IMG/VR virus record: IMGVR_UViG_3300031216_000035
Span: 1 to 34,284 of that record
DNA from: a virus
Lineage: Duplodnaviria; Caudoviricetes
Strand: one strand, 5' to 3'
Length of the DNA: 34,284 nucleotides
Shown: positions 9,788 through 18,568 of the stretch, in pieces
How the letters are laid out: each line of letters starts with the position of its first letter
Numbering within the stretch: position 1 is the first letter of the stretch
Made by a program: the position numbers and the translations under genes
The notes under the pieces: model-generated
Seen by the model: only the letters and a program-made list of their open reading frames with translations
What the model was told of the DNA's origin: nothing
The model's database searches: none

Positions 9788-10336
9788 TTAAAACGCAATC
9801 TGTCCATTCGCATTCGGTTTTGGTCTACCGGCGTTTTTATTGTTGGGGTCATCGGGTGTTTTACCCTTTAGTTTGTCCGCAACACCTGTTTCCACCGCTT
9901 TTGTAAATGCTTTTTCAAGCAAGTCAACGTTTGATTTGGTTTTATCCATATCGGCGTCAACCACAAATGAAACTAAATCCGTGCTTATGCTTTTAGATTG
10001 CAATAGTTCCCTTGCTTCAATGCTAGATTCACGCAATGCAAGTTCGGTTTCCCTTGTGGATAACTGTTCCGTTGCCTTTTTTGCGTCATCTGCTTTACGT
10101 TCGTCATCTGATAACTTCGCTTTACGGTCTGCTTCGGCTTGTGCTTCGGCAACTTTGTCGGCAATAAGTTTTTCATTTTTGGCTTTTTCTTCACCCAAAC
10201 GTTTTGAAACAACTTCATCAAGTTGTTCTTGTGTGAAACTTGATGGTTTTTCTTCACTCTTTTTCTTCGCATTTGCGTCATCTTCCGCTTTTTTTGCGTC
10301 TGCTTCTGCTTTTGCTTTGGTTTCTGCTTCTGTCAT
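9788..10336 (-). CDS. Capsid scaffolding protein (DUF4355-like)
   Basis: FTQEQLDEVVSKRL motif, charged coiled coil, KLKGKTP near the C-terminus. Confidence 0.9.
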   Translation of the reverse strand: MTEAETKAKAEADAKKAEDDANAKKKSEEKPSSFTQEQLDEVVSKRLGEEKAKNEKLIADKVAEAQAEADRKAKLSDDERKADDAKKATEQLSTRETELALRESSIEARELLQSKSISTDLVSFVVDADMDKTKSNVDLLEKAFTKAVETGVADKLKGKTPDDPNNKNAGRPKPNANGQIAF

Positions 10337-10440
10337 AGAACCCCCGGTTTACGCCCCTCGGCTAGTTTAATAATATGAATTATTGTGTTATTTCTCACTG
10401 AACACAATATTTCAGTAAAGCCAAAATGCTTTATAACTAC

Positions 10441-10449
10441 AGTATATCA
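10441..10449 (-). promoter_or_regulatory. Extended -10 promoter for scaffold/capsid operon
   Basis: TGATATACT in intergenic DNA; a 9-bp inverted repeat (10381-10409) lies in the presumed leader. Confidence 0.55.
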
Positions 10450-10479
10450 AAACATTACCAATTAGCATACAAATTGTGT

Positions 10480-10761
10480 TCACGCAAGTAAATTGTTCAA
10501 TTCAAAGTAATGAAACCGGGCTTCATATCTTGCAAACATTGATTCGTCATAATAATCATCTTGAATCATGGGTGCCGGGACTTCATTAATCACACCATCG
10601 TCACCAATAGTGATGTAAAACGGTTGTTGTGCCGTGTCCATAAGATTCACGTTTGTGAAACCGAACACATAATTTACACCGTAAACACCAAGATATGAAA
10701 CATCTTGTGCGTCTTGGGTATATTTCTTGTTCACTGTAAATCGTGCGTATGTTTCCGTCAT
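10480..10761 (-). CDS. Small acidic protein, candidate immunity protein for the MuF toxin
   Basis: 93 aa; ATGA overlap with the MuF stop. Function inferred from position only. Confidence 0.55.
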   Translation of the reverse strand: MTETYARFTVNKKYTQDAQDVSYLGVYGVNYVFGFTNVNLMDTAQQPFYITIGDDGVINEVPAPMIQDDYYDESMFARYEARFHYFELNNLLA

Positions 10762-12365
10762 TTCTTCCCCTTTGGTTTTGCTATTAAATCAACAATACCC
10801 GGTTCGATGTCCCGGTTATCAAGTCGCAACAATGAAAACTTGTTCTTGCCCTTTGGGTCAAACTTGTTCGTAATTGTCCCCGGTTGTGGGTCAACGAACA
10901 TCACACCTTGTGGGTACTTGTCGGATTTGGCAACCTTTTCCACAACTATGGTGTGACCACTCCGGCGTCTGGTGTATTGGTAATTCATTTGAACCCGTGA
11001 ACCCTCCGGGAATTCACCAAGTGCTTTAATCATACCGGACAACGGTTTTGATACCACACGCCCGTTCTTGACTTCCCGTCCGTTGTAATCCATTTTCTTT
11101 TCACCCCATGCACTTGGTAATTTGCGGTCATTGTCCACAAAATGTGAATTCTTGTCACGTGGCAACGCTTCAAGATTGAATCCACGGCGTCTTAATTCGT
11201 ACACCGGAACACACTTTTGGCAATTGGTGCGGAATTTTCCACCCTCTGAATATCTTGGATTTGCTTTCACCGCACGTTCCGGGGTCATCACACGGGATTT
11301 CGGAACACCCAAATATTGTTCATTCGTGACGTTCTTGGTTTTGGCATTAGCTTTCACAATCGTGCTTGGTGCTTGATTCTGAATATCATATGCTTTTTTC
11401 CATTCGGTATATGGTATGTTTGCCACTTCAACGATGTTGCCATCACCGTCCCGTGCGTTCCGGGTCTTTGGTTCATATTCGTCACCAATAAACACCCGTG
11501 TCGATGAACGGCAATTCGGGTGCAATGGTGGGTAGTTTATACCGGTCTTTTTATCCTTGAACTTGAACTTCAATTTATCAGTGACACCACAAATGGTTGA
11601 TGTACGGGAATCCAATACGGCAATATAAATGTATTCATCAAATCCCATGTCAACATTCGCTTCAAATTCCGCTTCATTCTGAAAATAGTTTGTTTCGGTT
11701 CGTATCAGTCTATCCGCAACATGGTGTGCCACATCAAACTTTTCTTGAATGTCTTTGGTCACCCGGCGTGGTGAACGTCCGGTCAATAGTGCGGTACCAA
11801 GTTCATCACGGACATTTGTGGCAAGTCTATCCGTGTTTGACCACACACGATTTGAATAATTGGCACCCAACCAATCCCGTTTCAACATGTTGTCCACAAG
11901 TGGTTGATTCAATCCACCAAATGCAATTGGTTGTCCAACACCCTTTTGTGTATCAAAGATAGTGCGGTTGTACGCTTCATTGATTGTTTCGGTATGTGAT
12001 TTGGTTTGCAAATTGACTTCATCATTACGGATTTCGTGAATCTTTGAATACAATTCACCCTGTAATTGTTCCAATCGGTTTATGCGTGAACTGTAATTCC
12101 GGGTAATATATTCCAAGTTCCCGGATTGCTTCATCTTCAACCAAAACTTTGTGGTGTCATCGAATGATAGTTTTTCCAATAACTTTTCAGTATCAAGTCC
12201 GGCACCTTTGGCATATGTTTTATATATGCCGTTGATGTCGGATTGAATTTGTTTTTCCGCTTTAGAATATAACCGGGCAATTGCTTTTTGGTATTGTTTG
12301 GCTTCTTTTTCGGCGGTAATGGTTCGTTTGATTGAACGTTTTTTGAAGTATTTTGAACCCTCCAT
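10758..12365 (-). CDS. MuF (SPP1 gp7-like) minor head protein with C-terminal papain-fold (Tox-PL/glutamine deamidase-like) domain
   Basis: MuF motifs RLIRTE, AVLDSRTSTIC, YPPLHPNCRS. C-terminal NCQKCVPVYELRRRG...SGHTIVVE...MFVDPQ gives a Cys-His-Asp triad. Confidence 0.88.
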   Translation of the reverse strand: MEGSKYFKKRSIKRTITAEKEAKQYQKAIARLYSKAEKQIQSDINGIYKTYAKGAGLDTEKLLEKLSFDDTTKFWLKMKQSGNLEYITRNYSSRINRLEQLQGELYSKIHEIRNDEVNLQTKSHTETINEAYNRTIFDTQKGVGQPIAFGGLNQPLVDNMLKRDWLGANYSNRVWSNTDRLATNVRDELGTALLTGRSPRRVTKDIQEKFDVAHHVADRLIRTETNYFQNEAEFEANVDMGFDEYIYIAVLDSRTSTICGVTDKLKFKFKDKKTGINYPPLHPNCRSSTRVFIGDEYEPKTRNARDGDGNIVEVANIPYTEWKKAYDIQNQAPSTIVKANAKTKNVTNEQYLGVPKSRVMTPERAVKANPRYSEGGKFRTNCQKCVPVYELRRRGFNLEALPRDKNSHFVDNDRKLPSAWGEKKMDYNGREVKNGRVVSKPLSGMIKALGEFPEGSRVQMNYQYTRRRSGHTIVVEKVAKSDKYPQGVMFVDPQPGTITNKFDPKGKNKFSLLRLDNRDIEPGIVDLIAKPKGKK

Positions 12366-12375
12366 GGGTCAACCT

Positions 12376-13725
12376 CTATTCTTCCGGTTCTTTTGGTTCG
12401 TCTTCCTTGAACTGGTCGGCAAGTGCTTTCACACGTTCTTCGGCTTCGGTTTTGGCTTTTTCAATTTCCTTGCTTGCGTTCTTTATGAATGACAATTGAC
12501 CAATCAATGTTTCCTTGGACACAACACCATCAAGATTTGAAACAATGGTTGAAACTTCAACATCATTGGACGGCAAGTTACGGTTGAACACGGCGTCAAT
12601 GTCGGACACGTTAAATTCACCCTTGGTTTTTGATTTGGCTTTCAACTGATTCCAATACAGTTGGAACCGTTCCATAAGTCCACGTTCCATGAACCGTTCT
12701 TTGGTCTTGGTGTTTTGTTCAAACGCAAGTAGTTTGTACCGTATTGCAACACCGCTTGAATTACCAACGAATTCGGAATCTGTCATGTTTGGTGTCATTG
12801 AAATCTTGTGAATGTCGGCTTCAATGTTCTTGCGTAATGTATCGGCGTCTTTTTCATTGAAGTTCTTGGTCAAATAAGACACTTTTGCGTCCGCCGGTAT
12901 GCCGGAAATCACACGGTTTTCCCGTAATTCTGCCATGTTTTTATCTGTTAGTGTGGCACCGTAAACAGTCAACACGGCGTCAACAAACTGTTCTTTATCA
13001 TTAACACGGTCTGATTGAAGAATGTTATATGCGTCCATAAGCGTAATGACTTGTTCAAAGTCACCAATATAATCACTATTGTTTTTGTATTCAATCATTG
13101 GCACCAATTCAAACCCGTGTGGTGTCTTGGTCACTTCTTCAAACTTCGGAACCTTGCCCGGTGTCAATACATATTCAATAACGTTTTTACTATCCACGAA
13201 TGTCACATCATATGTGTCCGGTTTCTTGCGGTTCTTGGAATAATTGCCGGTGTACATAATTGCAAACAACTTCTTGTGGTCAAGTGATGTGTCATAAACG
13301 ATTGCCGTTGCACGGTTGTCCACATTAGATGATTTGGTTTCACCGTCTTCATTTTCATAAACATATTCATGTTGTAATCCAAATATTGAAATGTCTTTTG
13401 CAATCTCTGAATCCAAATCCGCAATGTTTTGTTTCTTGTATGCTTCGGTTACCGGGTCAATATCAACCTTGGATTCATCATTCACTTTATAATCAACCGG
13501 GCTTCCCAATAGGTAACCAATGTTTGTGTCTGTGATATATTTCGCATGATTGATGACAATACGGTTGTTGATTTCATTATCCAATCGTGTTCGTGTCAAT
13601 ACGGCGTGTTGCCCGAAATAATATTGTTCCATCTTTTTGAATCGGGGTTCCAATAAATCATTGGCGTCAATGACGTCCATTAATACTTGTGCCGTAATTT
13701 CTGTTCCCCGTTTTACTGTATACAT
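12376..13725 (-). CDS. Portal protein, SPP1 gp6-like
   Basis: 449 aa; NHAKYITD, VPMIEYKNN..GDFEQVITLMDAYN, GNSSGVAIRYKL, FNRNLP. Confidence 0.95.
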   Translation of the reverse strand: MYTVKRGTEITAQVLMDVIDANDLLEPRFKKMEQYYFGQHAVLTRTRLDNEINNRIVINHAKYITDTNIGYLLGSPVDYKVNDESKVDIDPVTEAYKKQNIADLDSEIAKDISIFGLQHEYVYENEDGETKSSNVDNRATAIVYDTSLDHKKLFAIMYTGNYSKNRKKPDTYDVTFVDSKNVIEYVLTPGKVPKFEEVTKTPHGFELVPMIEYKNNSDYIGDFEQVITLMDAYNILQSDRVNDKEQFVDAVLTVYGATLTDKNMAELRENRVISGIPADAKVSYLTKNFNEKDADTLRKNIEADIHKISMTPNMTDSEFVGNSSGVAIRYKLLAFEQNTKTKERFMERGLMERFQLYWNQLKAKSKTKGEFNVSDIDAVFNRNLPSNDVEVSTIVSNLDGVVSKETLIGQLSFIKNASKEIEKAKTEAEERVKALADQFKEDEPKEPEE

Positions 13726-13743
13726 TTTGTGTGTCCCCTCTTA

Positions 13744-15249
13744 TTATAGATTTCGCAAACTACCCTTGCGAATTTTCCGTCTTGAACTTGGTACAAGTCC
13801 AATCCCGGTTTTGCTTTGAATTGTTATTTCTAGTTTACCAGTTATTTGTTCGTAAATACTAGCTAAAACATCAACCCCGTCATCATGGGCATTTTTACCC
13901 TTGCGTTGATAACTCAATACTTCCCCGGTGAACGCCGGGAATTTGTTTTTCCAGTTATGGGGCATATATACATGTTCACCAACCCACGCACTTGACGCAA
14001 GAATTCGTGCTTCTTTATTCTTGGATTGCACAAGTGGTGTGATAACTGTTGCATTGTCATTGTATTTCGACTTCATAAGCCTTTCAATATTACGTGCAAA
14101 ACCACGTCCACCGTTGTTTGATTCAATGATTGACCGGTTTACACTTCCAGTATATAGCAAATCTACCACAAGCGGTTCCGTTATTTCCATGGCTTCATCT
14201 GTATACACGATTTCGGTAACATATGCTTCTTTATTGTGAACAAAGTAATTGATTGAACACAAATTATCTTTACCAGTGTCGGCGGTGTCCGTGTAATTCA
14301 ATGTCATCACTGGTATTTCAACCCCGTCTTTATCCCGTGGTTTGGTGTCCCACACCTTGAAATCATTGTATAAACGTCCCTTTACATCAATCGGCTTTTG
14401 GTTGTAATTGGCTTGAACAATGTCTTCTGACATCTCTTTTGTCTTCAATTTATAGTCACGTTCATTCAATACTTCTTCACATAGCATTGACCCGTCTTCT
14501 TGGATTGCGGAATATGTGATTGTTTTCACATCATCGGGGAATGCTTCAATAACACGCCCTGCCAAATCACCTTTTGCCCAACGGGTCATAATCAATATGA
14601 TTTTCCAGTCATCACCCTCCAATCGGGACATCATGGTGTTCGTGAACCAATCCCAATGCTTGTTCAAAACGTTTTCATTATATGCTTCTTCACTGTTCTT
14701 GATAATGTCATCAATCAATAACACGTTGGCACCAAATCCCGTTGCTGTACCCGATGGACTGGTTGCCAAATAACTCTTTTCTTCTGAACCCTCCAATGCC
14801 CATATTTGTGCGGACGCTTCACCTTTTTTGACTTTGGTATTTGGGAATATATCCCGGTACACCATATTGTTGCGTGATGACTTCCGGGTGTCGATGGTGT
14901 TTCGTACCTGACGGGCAAATGTCCCGGACAATGTTTCGTTATAACTACCGGTCATCAACTTCTTCCACGGGAATTTACCCAACAACCATTTTGCAAGTCC
15001 GGTTGCCGTGAATGATTTTCCGTGACGTGGTGGGACGTTGACAACCAAGATACGCTTTTCATTCTGTTCAACAAACGCTTGAATGGAATCACACATGTCT
15101 TTCAGATACGTGCGGTCAACCTTATAGAACGCCGGATAAAAGAAATTCAAAAACCAAAATAATGACCGTTGTGCCATGGATATTTTAGCACCAATTAAAA
15201 CGGACTTTTTATCTAATGCGTCACCCTCTTGGTGGTGGTTTTCTTTCAA
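13744..15249 (-). CDS. terL: Terminase large subunit
   Basis: Walker A PPRHGKS, Walker B LLIDD, IMTRW, nuclease motifs YTDTADTG, IESNNGG, HDDGVD. Start codon uncertain. Confidence 0.95.
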   Translation of the reverse strand: MKENHHQEGDALDKKSVLIGAKISMAQRSLFWFLNFFYPAFYKVDRTYLKDMCDSIQAFVEQNEKRILVVNVPPRHGKSFTATGLAKWLLGKFPWKKLMTGSYNETLSGTFARQVRNTIDTRKSSRNNMVYRDIFPNTKVKKGEASAQIWALEGSEEKSYLATSPSGTATGFGANVLLIDDIIKNSEEAYNENVLNKHWDWFTNTMMSRLEGDDWKIILIMTRWAKGDLAGRVIEAFPDDVKTITYSAIQEDGSMLCEEVLNERDYKLKTKEMSEDIVQANYNQKPIDVKGRLYNDFKVWDTKPRDKDGVEIPVMTLNYTDTADTGKDNLCSINYFVHNKEAYVTEIVYTDEAMEITEPLVVDLLYTGSVNRSIIESNNGGRGFARNIERLMKSKYNDNATVITPLVQSKNKEARILASSAWVGEHVYMPHNWKNKFPAFTGEVLSYQRKGKNAHDDGVDVLASIYEQITGKLEITIQSKTGIGLVPSSRRKIRKGSLRNL

Positions 15250-15865
15250 CGGTACTCTTTTCTTTTTCAGTGGTTATTGTTTCACTAATAATAAACGCTT
15301 CCAATGTTTCTTGTGGTACTTGGTCAAACTTCTCTGAATAAAAGTTGATGTTGGTATCACCATTTTCACCATCGAACGCACCCAATGCCCGTGCCAATAG
15401 TTCGGACGCTTTCAACCGGTCTTTCAATAGGTGCTTATTGTCCAATATAAGTTCACCCCAAAATTGATATATGCCGGTCAACTCTGTCACCACGTTGGCA
15501 ATCTCTTGCGTGTAAGAATCCATAATGTCAATCATGTCTTGGAACTTATGCTTCAAGTTGGTTCCCTGACGTGCCAATGTGGACTTTGAACCGGTATATC
15601 CTGCTAATTCCGCACTTCTTGAACCATCACGGTTGATGATATAAGCGTTGAACCAATTGGATTGCAATGTGGTCATGGTGTCATAACGTTCTTTCAACGC
15701 TAATAACTCCGGGGTAAATCCAACCTTTTTACCACCGATGTTGACCACATCACCACCAAACGGTGTTTGTGCCATCTGTTCGGCAATAGGAACAACACCC
15801 GGTGGTAACTTCCCGGCTTTTTTCGCAAGTTCTTTTTGGTGCTTGTATTTAATCTTTTTTGGCAT
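15221..15865 (-). CDS. terS: Terminase small subunit
   Basis: Directly upstream of terL; HTH-like SAELAGY and KDRLKASELLARALGAF motif. Confidence 0.8.
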   Translation of the reverse strand: MPKKIKYKHQKELAKKAGKLPPGVVPIAEQMAQTPFGGDVVNIGGKKVGFTPELLALKERYDTMTTLQSNWFNAYIINRDGSRSAELAGYTGSKSTLARQGTNLKHKFQDMIDIMDSYTQEIANVVTELTGIYQFWGELILDNKHLLKDRLKASELLARALGAFDGENGDTNINFYSEKFDQVPQETLEAFIISETITTEKEKSTVERKPPPRG

Positions 15866-15937
15866 GTTCCAAACAAAACGCCCCGTTTGCGTCCCCTGTG
15901 ACGGGTTTATTTTCGCAAGATGATATGGAACACGTCA

Positions 15938-16138
15938 TTATGATTCAACAACGTCTGTATCCATTGAATCTTCTTCAACAGGCGTTTCCACCACTTCTTC
16001 TTTGACTTCTTTTGCTTTGGTTTGTTTAACCTTGTATTCCGTGCCAAATATCTTGACCGTTTTGGCATTTCCATTCACTTTGACTTTGTGTCCATAAATT
16101 TGAACTTCATTGTTTTCATCTGGTGTTAGTGTGTGCAT
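15938..16138 (-). CDS. Hypothetical protein (66 aa, acidic tail)
   Basis: AAGGGG RBS; internal duplication VQIYGHKVKV / VKIFGTEYKV. Confidence 0.7.
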   Translation of the reverse strand: MHTLTPDENNEVQIYGHKVKVNGNAKTVKIFGTEYKVKQTKAKEVKEEVVETPVEEDSMDTDVVES

Positions 16139-16139
16139 T

Positions 16140-16493
16140 TTATCCCCTTATATTATTACGTTCGGTGTAATCCAATAGATTGTCCCGGACTTTATTGTTA
16201 TAAATACCACCCATCGTATAAAGCACAAAGTAACTGAACAGTGATTCACCTTTGGCGTTGATACCAATACAACCCAATTCGATGACCGCCCGATTCGCTT
16301 TGATGTTATAGATGAACACCCGGTTGCCGTAAACACGTGTCCACAACTCCCGGTTTAATCGGCGTTGTAACAACAAACCATTTGATTGACGGACAACCAA
16401 GTAATTCAATGTCTTTTGGTCAACCCCGGTGGTCTTCAACACTTCCAAACACACACGGTGTTCTAATTGTTGATGAAATGCCACGGTATTCAT
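16140..16493 (-). CDS. Hypothetical protein (basic, ~117 aa)
   Basis: Start moved from 16520 to ATG 16493, 6 nt after a TACAAT hexamer (possibly leaderless). No family recognised. Confidence 0.55.
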   Translation of the reverse strand: MNTVAFHQQLEHRVCLEVLKTTGVDQKTLNYLVVRQSNGLLLQRRLNRELWTRVYGNRVFIYNIKANRAVIELGCIGINAKGESLFSYFVLYTMGGIYNNKVRDNLLDYTERNNIRG

Positions 16494-16608
16494 AACCACA
16501 TTGTACAACAAAACCATCAAACCATATAACCGTTGTGTTTCCCTGATTTGTCAATCGCAAAAAGTCAACAGTAAAACACTATTTGCTATTTAAGATTTTC
16601 GATGTTCT

Positions 16609-16617
16609 AATATATCA
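16609..16617 (-). promoter_or_regulatory. Extended -10 promoter upstream of the packaging operon
   Basis: TGATATATT in intergenic DNA. Confidence 0.45.
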
Positions 16618-16628
16618 ATGCCAAAATA

Positions 16629-16913
16629 TTATTTATCGGCACGTTCCAATATAGCCATTAGAAAACCAACGGGAACACCTCCTGCCGGGTTTCCACCAAA
16701 TTGTGCGTCAAGCCATTCAACAATATCATTTGGATTATCACCCATCGAATATATTTCAAGTGTGGTTGATTCATAGTCTTCTTTTTTAAAATCCCGAACC
16801 ATACTATTTTCCGTATATGAACCAAGTCCCCAAATACAGGACAAAACAACACCATTATCGAATGTATATATTGTTTGTGCTTTAGTATTACAAGATATTT
16901 TTACAAGTGCCAT
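16629..16913 (-). CDS. Hypothetical phage protein (94 aa)
   Basis: YTFDNGVVLSC..GSY pattern; tightly packed in the minus-strand operon. Confidence 0.7.
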   Translation of the reverse strand: MALVKISCNTKAQTIYTFDNGVVLSCIWGLGSYTENSMVRDFKKEDYESTTLEIYSMGDNPNDIVEWLDAQFGGNPAGGVPVGFLMAILERADK

Positions 16914-16915
16914 CT

Positions 16916-16993
16916 TTACAACCCCATTTCTTTTGCCATTACTTCAACCCGTGCAAGTCCACCAACCCATTCGTTGAATAATTTATTGTCCAT
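16916..16993 (-). CDS. Small ORF (25 aa, MDNKLFNEWVGGLARVEVMAKEMGL)
   Basis: TAATG coupling to the upstream gene; fills the gap almost exactly. Not in the ORF track. Confidence 0.5.
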   Translation of the reverse strand: MDNKLFNEWVGGLARVEVMAKEMGL

Positions 16994-17247
16994 TATTTTG
17001 CCACGAATTTCCGGGTGCTATTTCCCTTGTGCATTTTTGTTTGAATCAAATATCCGTTCCGCTTCATCATGGTTGAAAACGTCCTTGATGTTAGTGGTTC
17101 AAATTTCTTTTTTTTACAAATATATAAATAGGATTCATACACTTCCGCAACATCGAACATATCAATTACTGTTTTAAAATCCTTGTCCGCACACAATGCT
17201 TTTATTGATTTCATACCGTCTTCCATTGCACTCCTTTTTTTAATCAT
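16993..17247 (-). CDS. Stand-alone primase-type (D5/P4 C-terminal) winged-helix protein A
   Basis: VYESYLYICKKKKFEPLTSRTFSTMMKRNGY...KMHKG aligns by eye with the primase C-terminus. Alternative start at 17226 after AAGGAG. Confidence 0.75.
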   Translation of the reverse strand: MIKKRSAMEDGMKSIKALCADKDFKTVIDMFDVAEVYESYLYICKKKKFEPLTSRTFSTMMKRNGYLIQTKMHKGNSTRKFVAK

Positions 17248-17522
17248 ATGTCCATTTTATCACAATATAAAAAGAAAACAAAAACTAGTTGTTCAAACTT
17301 TTATGTATTTTCTAGTTATTATTATTACATTAATATATATATAATAATAATAATGTTATAAATAAGAGTTCTAACTTTTACTCTTTTTTTTCTCTTTGTT
17401 TTGACCCCCGTTAAAACACCCACCATAAAAACACATAAATTGCAAATCACCAAAATTCGGTGTGTTTCCAACAAAAAAAATGTTAAAATAAAATTACAAA
17501 TGTAATTGAAAAAAGGGACAAA
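17248..17522. promoter_or_regulatory. AT-rich divergent control region, candidate replication origin
   Basis: Back-to-back extended -10 elements TGATAAAAT (-, 17254-17262) and TGTTAAAAT (+, 17481-17489); 12-bp inverted repeat 17316-17327/17342-17353; AAGAGT/ACTCTT inverted repeat 17364-17385. Confidence 0.6.
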
Positions 17523-17870
17523 ATGAACCAACACGATGAAATAATGAACGAATTGTCAAAAATAAACGATAAAATTGACCGTCTTTTGACCCCAAAAACA
17601 CCCGAAAATGACCAAAAACAAGCCACTTTCATGCGTTTTTTGAAGGCGGTTGAACCCGATGAATATATCAACCAAACCATCACGGACGCATATTTAATGT
17701 ATTGTGCAAGCACACGCACCACGTTCAAAGAATCGGACATTATGTCACGCAATATGTTTGGTCGGTTTATGAAAAAACACGGTTATATTTCCGTGAATAA
17801 AACAATAGACGGTCATTCTGAACGCATATATATTGCACTTGAAACCGAAAACATTGATGGTTCCAATTAG
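17523..17870 (+). CDS. Primase-type winged-helix protein B with N-terminal coiled coil; only credible plus-strand gene
   Basis: AAAGGGA RBS and own promoter. AYLMYC...MSRNMFGRFMKKHGY...KTIDG..RIY matches the same wHTH pattern. Confidence 0.75.
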   Translation: MNQHDEIMNELSKINDKIDRLLTPKTPENDQKQATFMRFLKAVEPDEYINQTITDAYLMYCASTRTTFKESDIMSRNMFGRFMKKHGYISVNKTIDGHSERIYIALETENIDGSN

Positions 17871-18058
17871 ACATCACGGACATATTTCATAAATGTTTCC
17901 CAATTGAATGCGTCAATCGCTTCTTCCGTAAACACACCATCAACAACATCATCACGCACCCCGTGAATACCTGTTTCACCCAAACCACGCACCACAATTG
18001 ATATGTCATGTTGACGTTTTATTTCACTCCGGGACGGGTTTTTCGGAAATTCACCCAT
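17867..18058 (-). CDS. Hypothetical protein (~63 aa)
   Basis: Start moved to ATG 18058, overlapping the upstream gene end; converges on the plus-strand gene with overlapping stops. Confidence 0.55.
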   Translation of the reverse strand: MGEFPKNPSRSEIKRQHDISIVVRGLGETGIHGVRDDVVDGVFTEEAIDAFNWETFMKYVRDV

Positions 18059-18440
18059 TGCGTCCACGCACCAATCCATCACGAATGAACGGTTTTTGCA
18101 TTTCAATGGCACCAATTACCAGTCCACCAAGGTCATATTCAATTGATTTCACCGCCGGGTGATTGCAAGCCTGTTCAATGCTTTGGAATAAGTTGTCCAT
18201 TGTTCCAAGGTAATCACCGGGAACCGCCCGGAACGTCCCCACGGTACGCACAATGGCATGATAACCCATTGCCGGGACAATCGGACAATCCCGGTGCAAT
18301 GCTTCATGCACGTCCCGGTCAAGTGGTGGAATCAACATTGTTTCTTGACGCAACTTCATCGTTTCTTTTCGGGTTGTCCACAATGCTTTTTCAAACAAGA
18401 TGTGGTGCCGGTCAAAACTTGGACGTTGCTTTTTTGCCAT
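18051..18440 (-). CDS. Hypothetical protein with HNH-like His pattern
   Basis: DRHHILF...L.RDVHEALH resembles a divergent beta-beta-alpha-metal motif. Confidence 0.55.
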   Translation of the reverse strand: MAKKQRPSFDRHHILFEKALWTTRKETMKLRQETMLIPPLDRDVHEALHRDCPIVPAMGYHAIVRTVGTFRAVPGDYLGTMDNLFQSIEQACNHPAVKSIEYDLGGLVIGAIEMQKPFIRDGLVRGRNG

Positions 18441-18508
18441 TATATTTTGAAATCAAACCAAATAAAAATGTGCTTGTGAACCCTCGCATTGTCCACAAAC
18501 ACATTCAT
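18440..18508 (-). CDS. Small ORF (22 aa, MNVFVDNARVHKHIFIWFDFKI)
   Basis: GGGGGT RBS-like sequence; TAATG coupling to the gene starting at 18440. Confidence 0.35.
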   Translation of the reverse strand: MNVFVDNARVHKHIFIWFDFKI

Positions 18509-18568
18509 ATTGACCCCCGTTTATATTTTGTTTCCGGTACTCAACCCCCGGCATAAATCTCTATATTT

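Noticed and set aside
17586-17600. 15-bp identity TTGACCCCAAAAACA with 31659-31645 (minus strand)
   Set aside because: Both copies are coding and encode LTPKT with common codons; probably coincidence, though it resembles the 18-bp intergenic motif.
17325-17752. Minus-strand ORFs 17325-17534 and 17483-17752
   Set aside because: Low-complexity translations across the AT-rich spacer, antisense to the better-supported wHTH gene.
18509-18525. TTGACCCCCGTTTATA as a further copy of the 18-bp motif
   Set aside because: Weaker match, and it doubles as the GGGGGT RBS of the small ORF starting at 18508.
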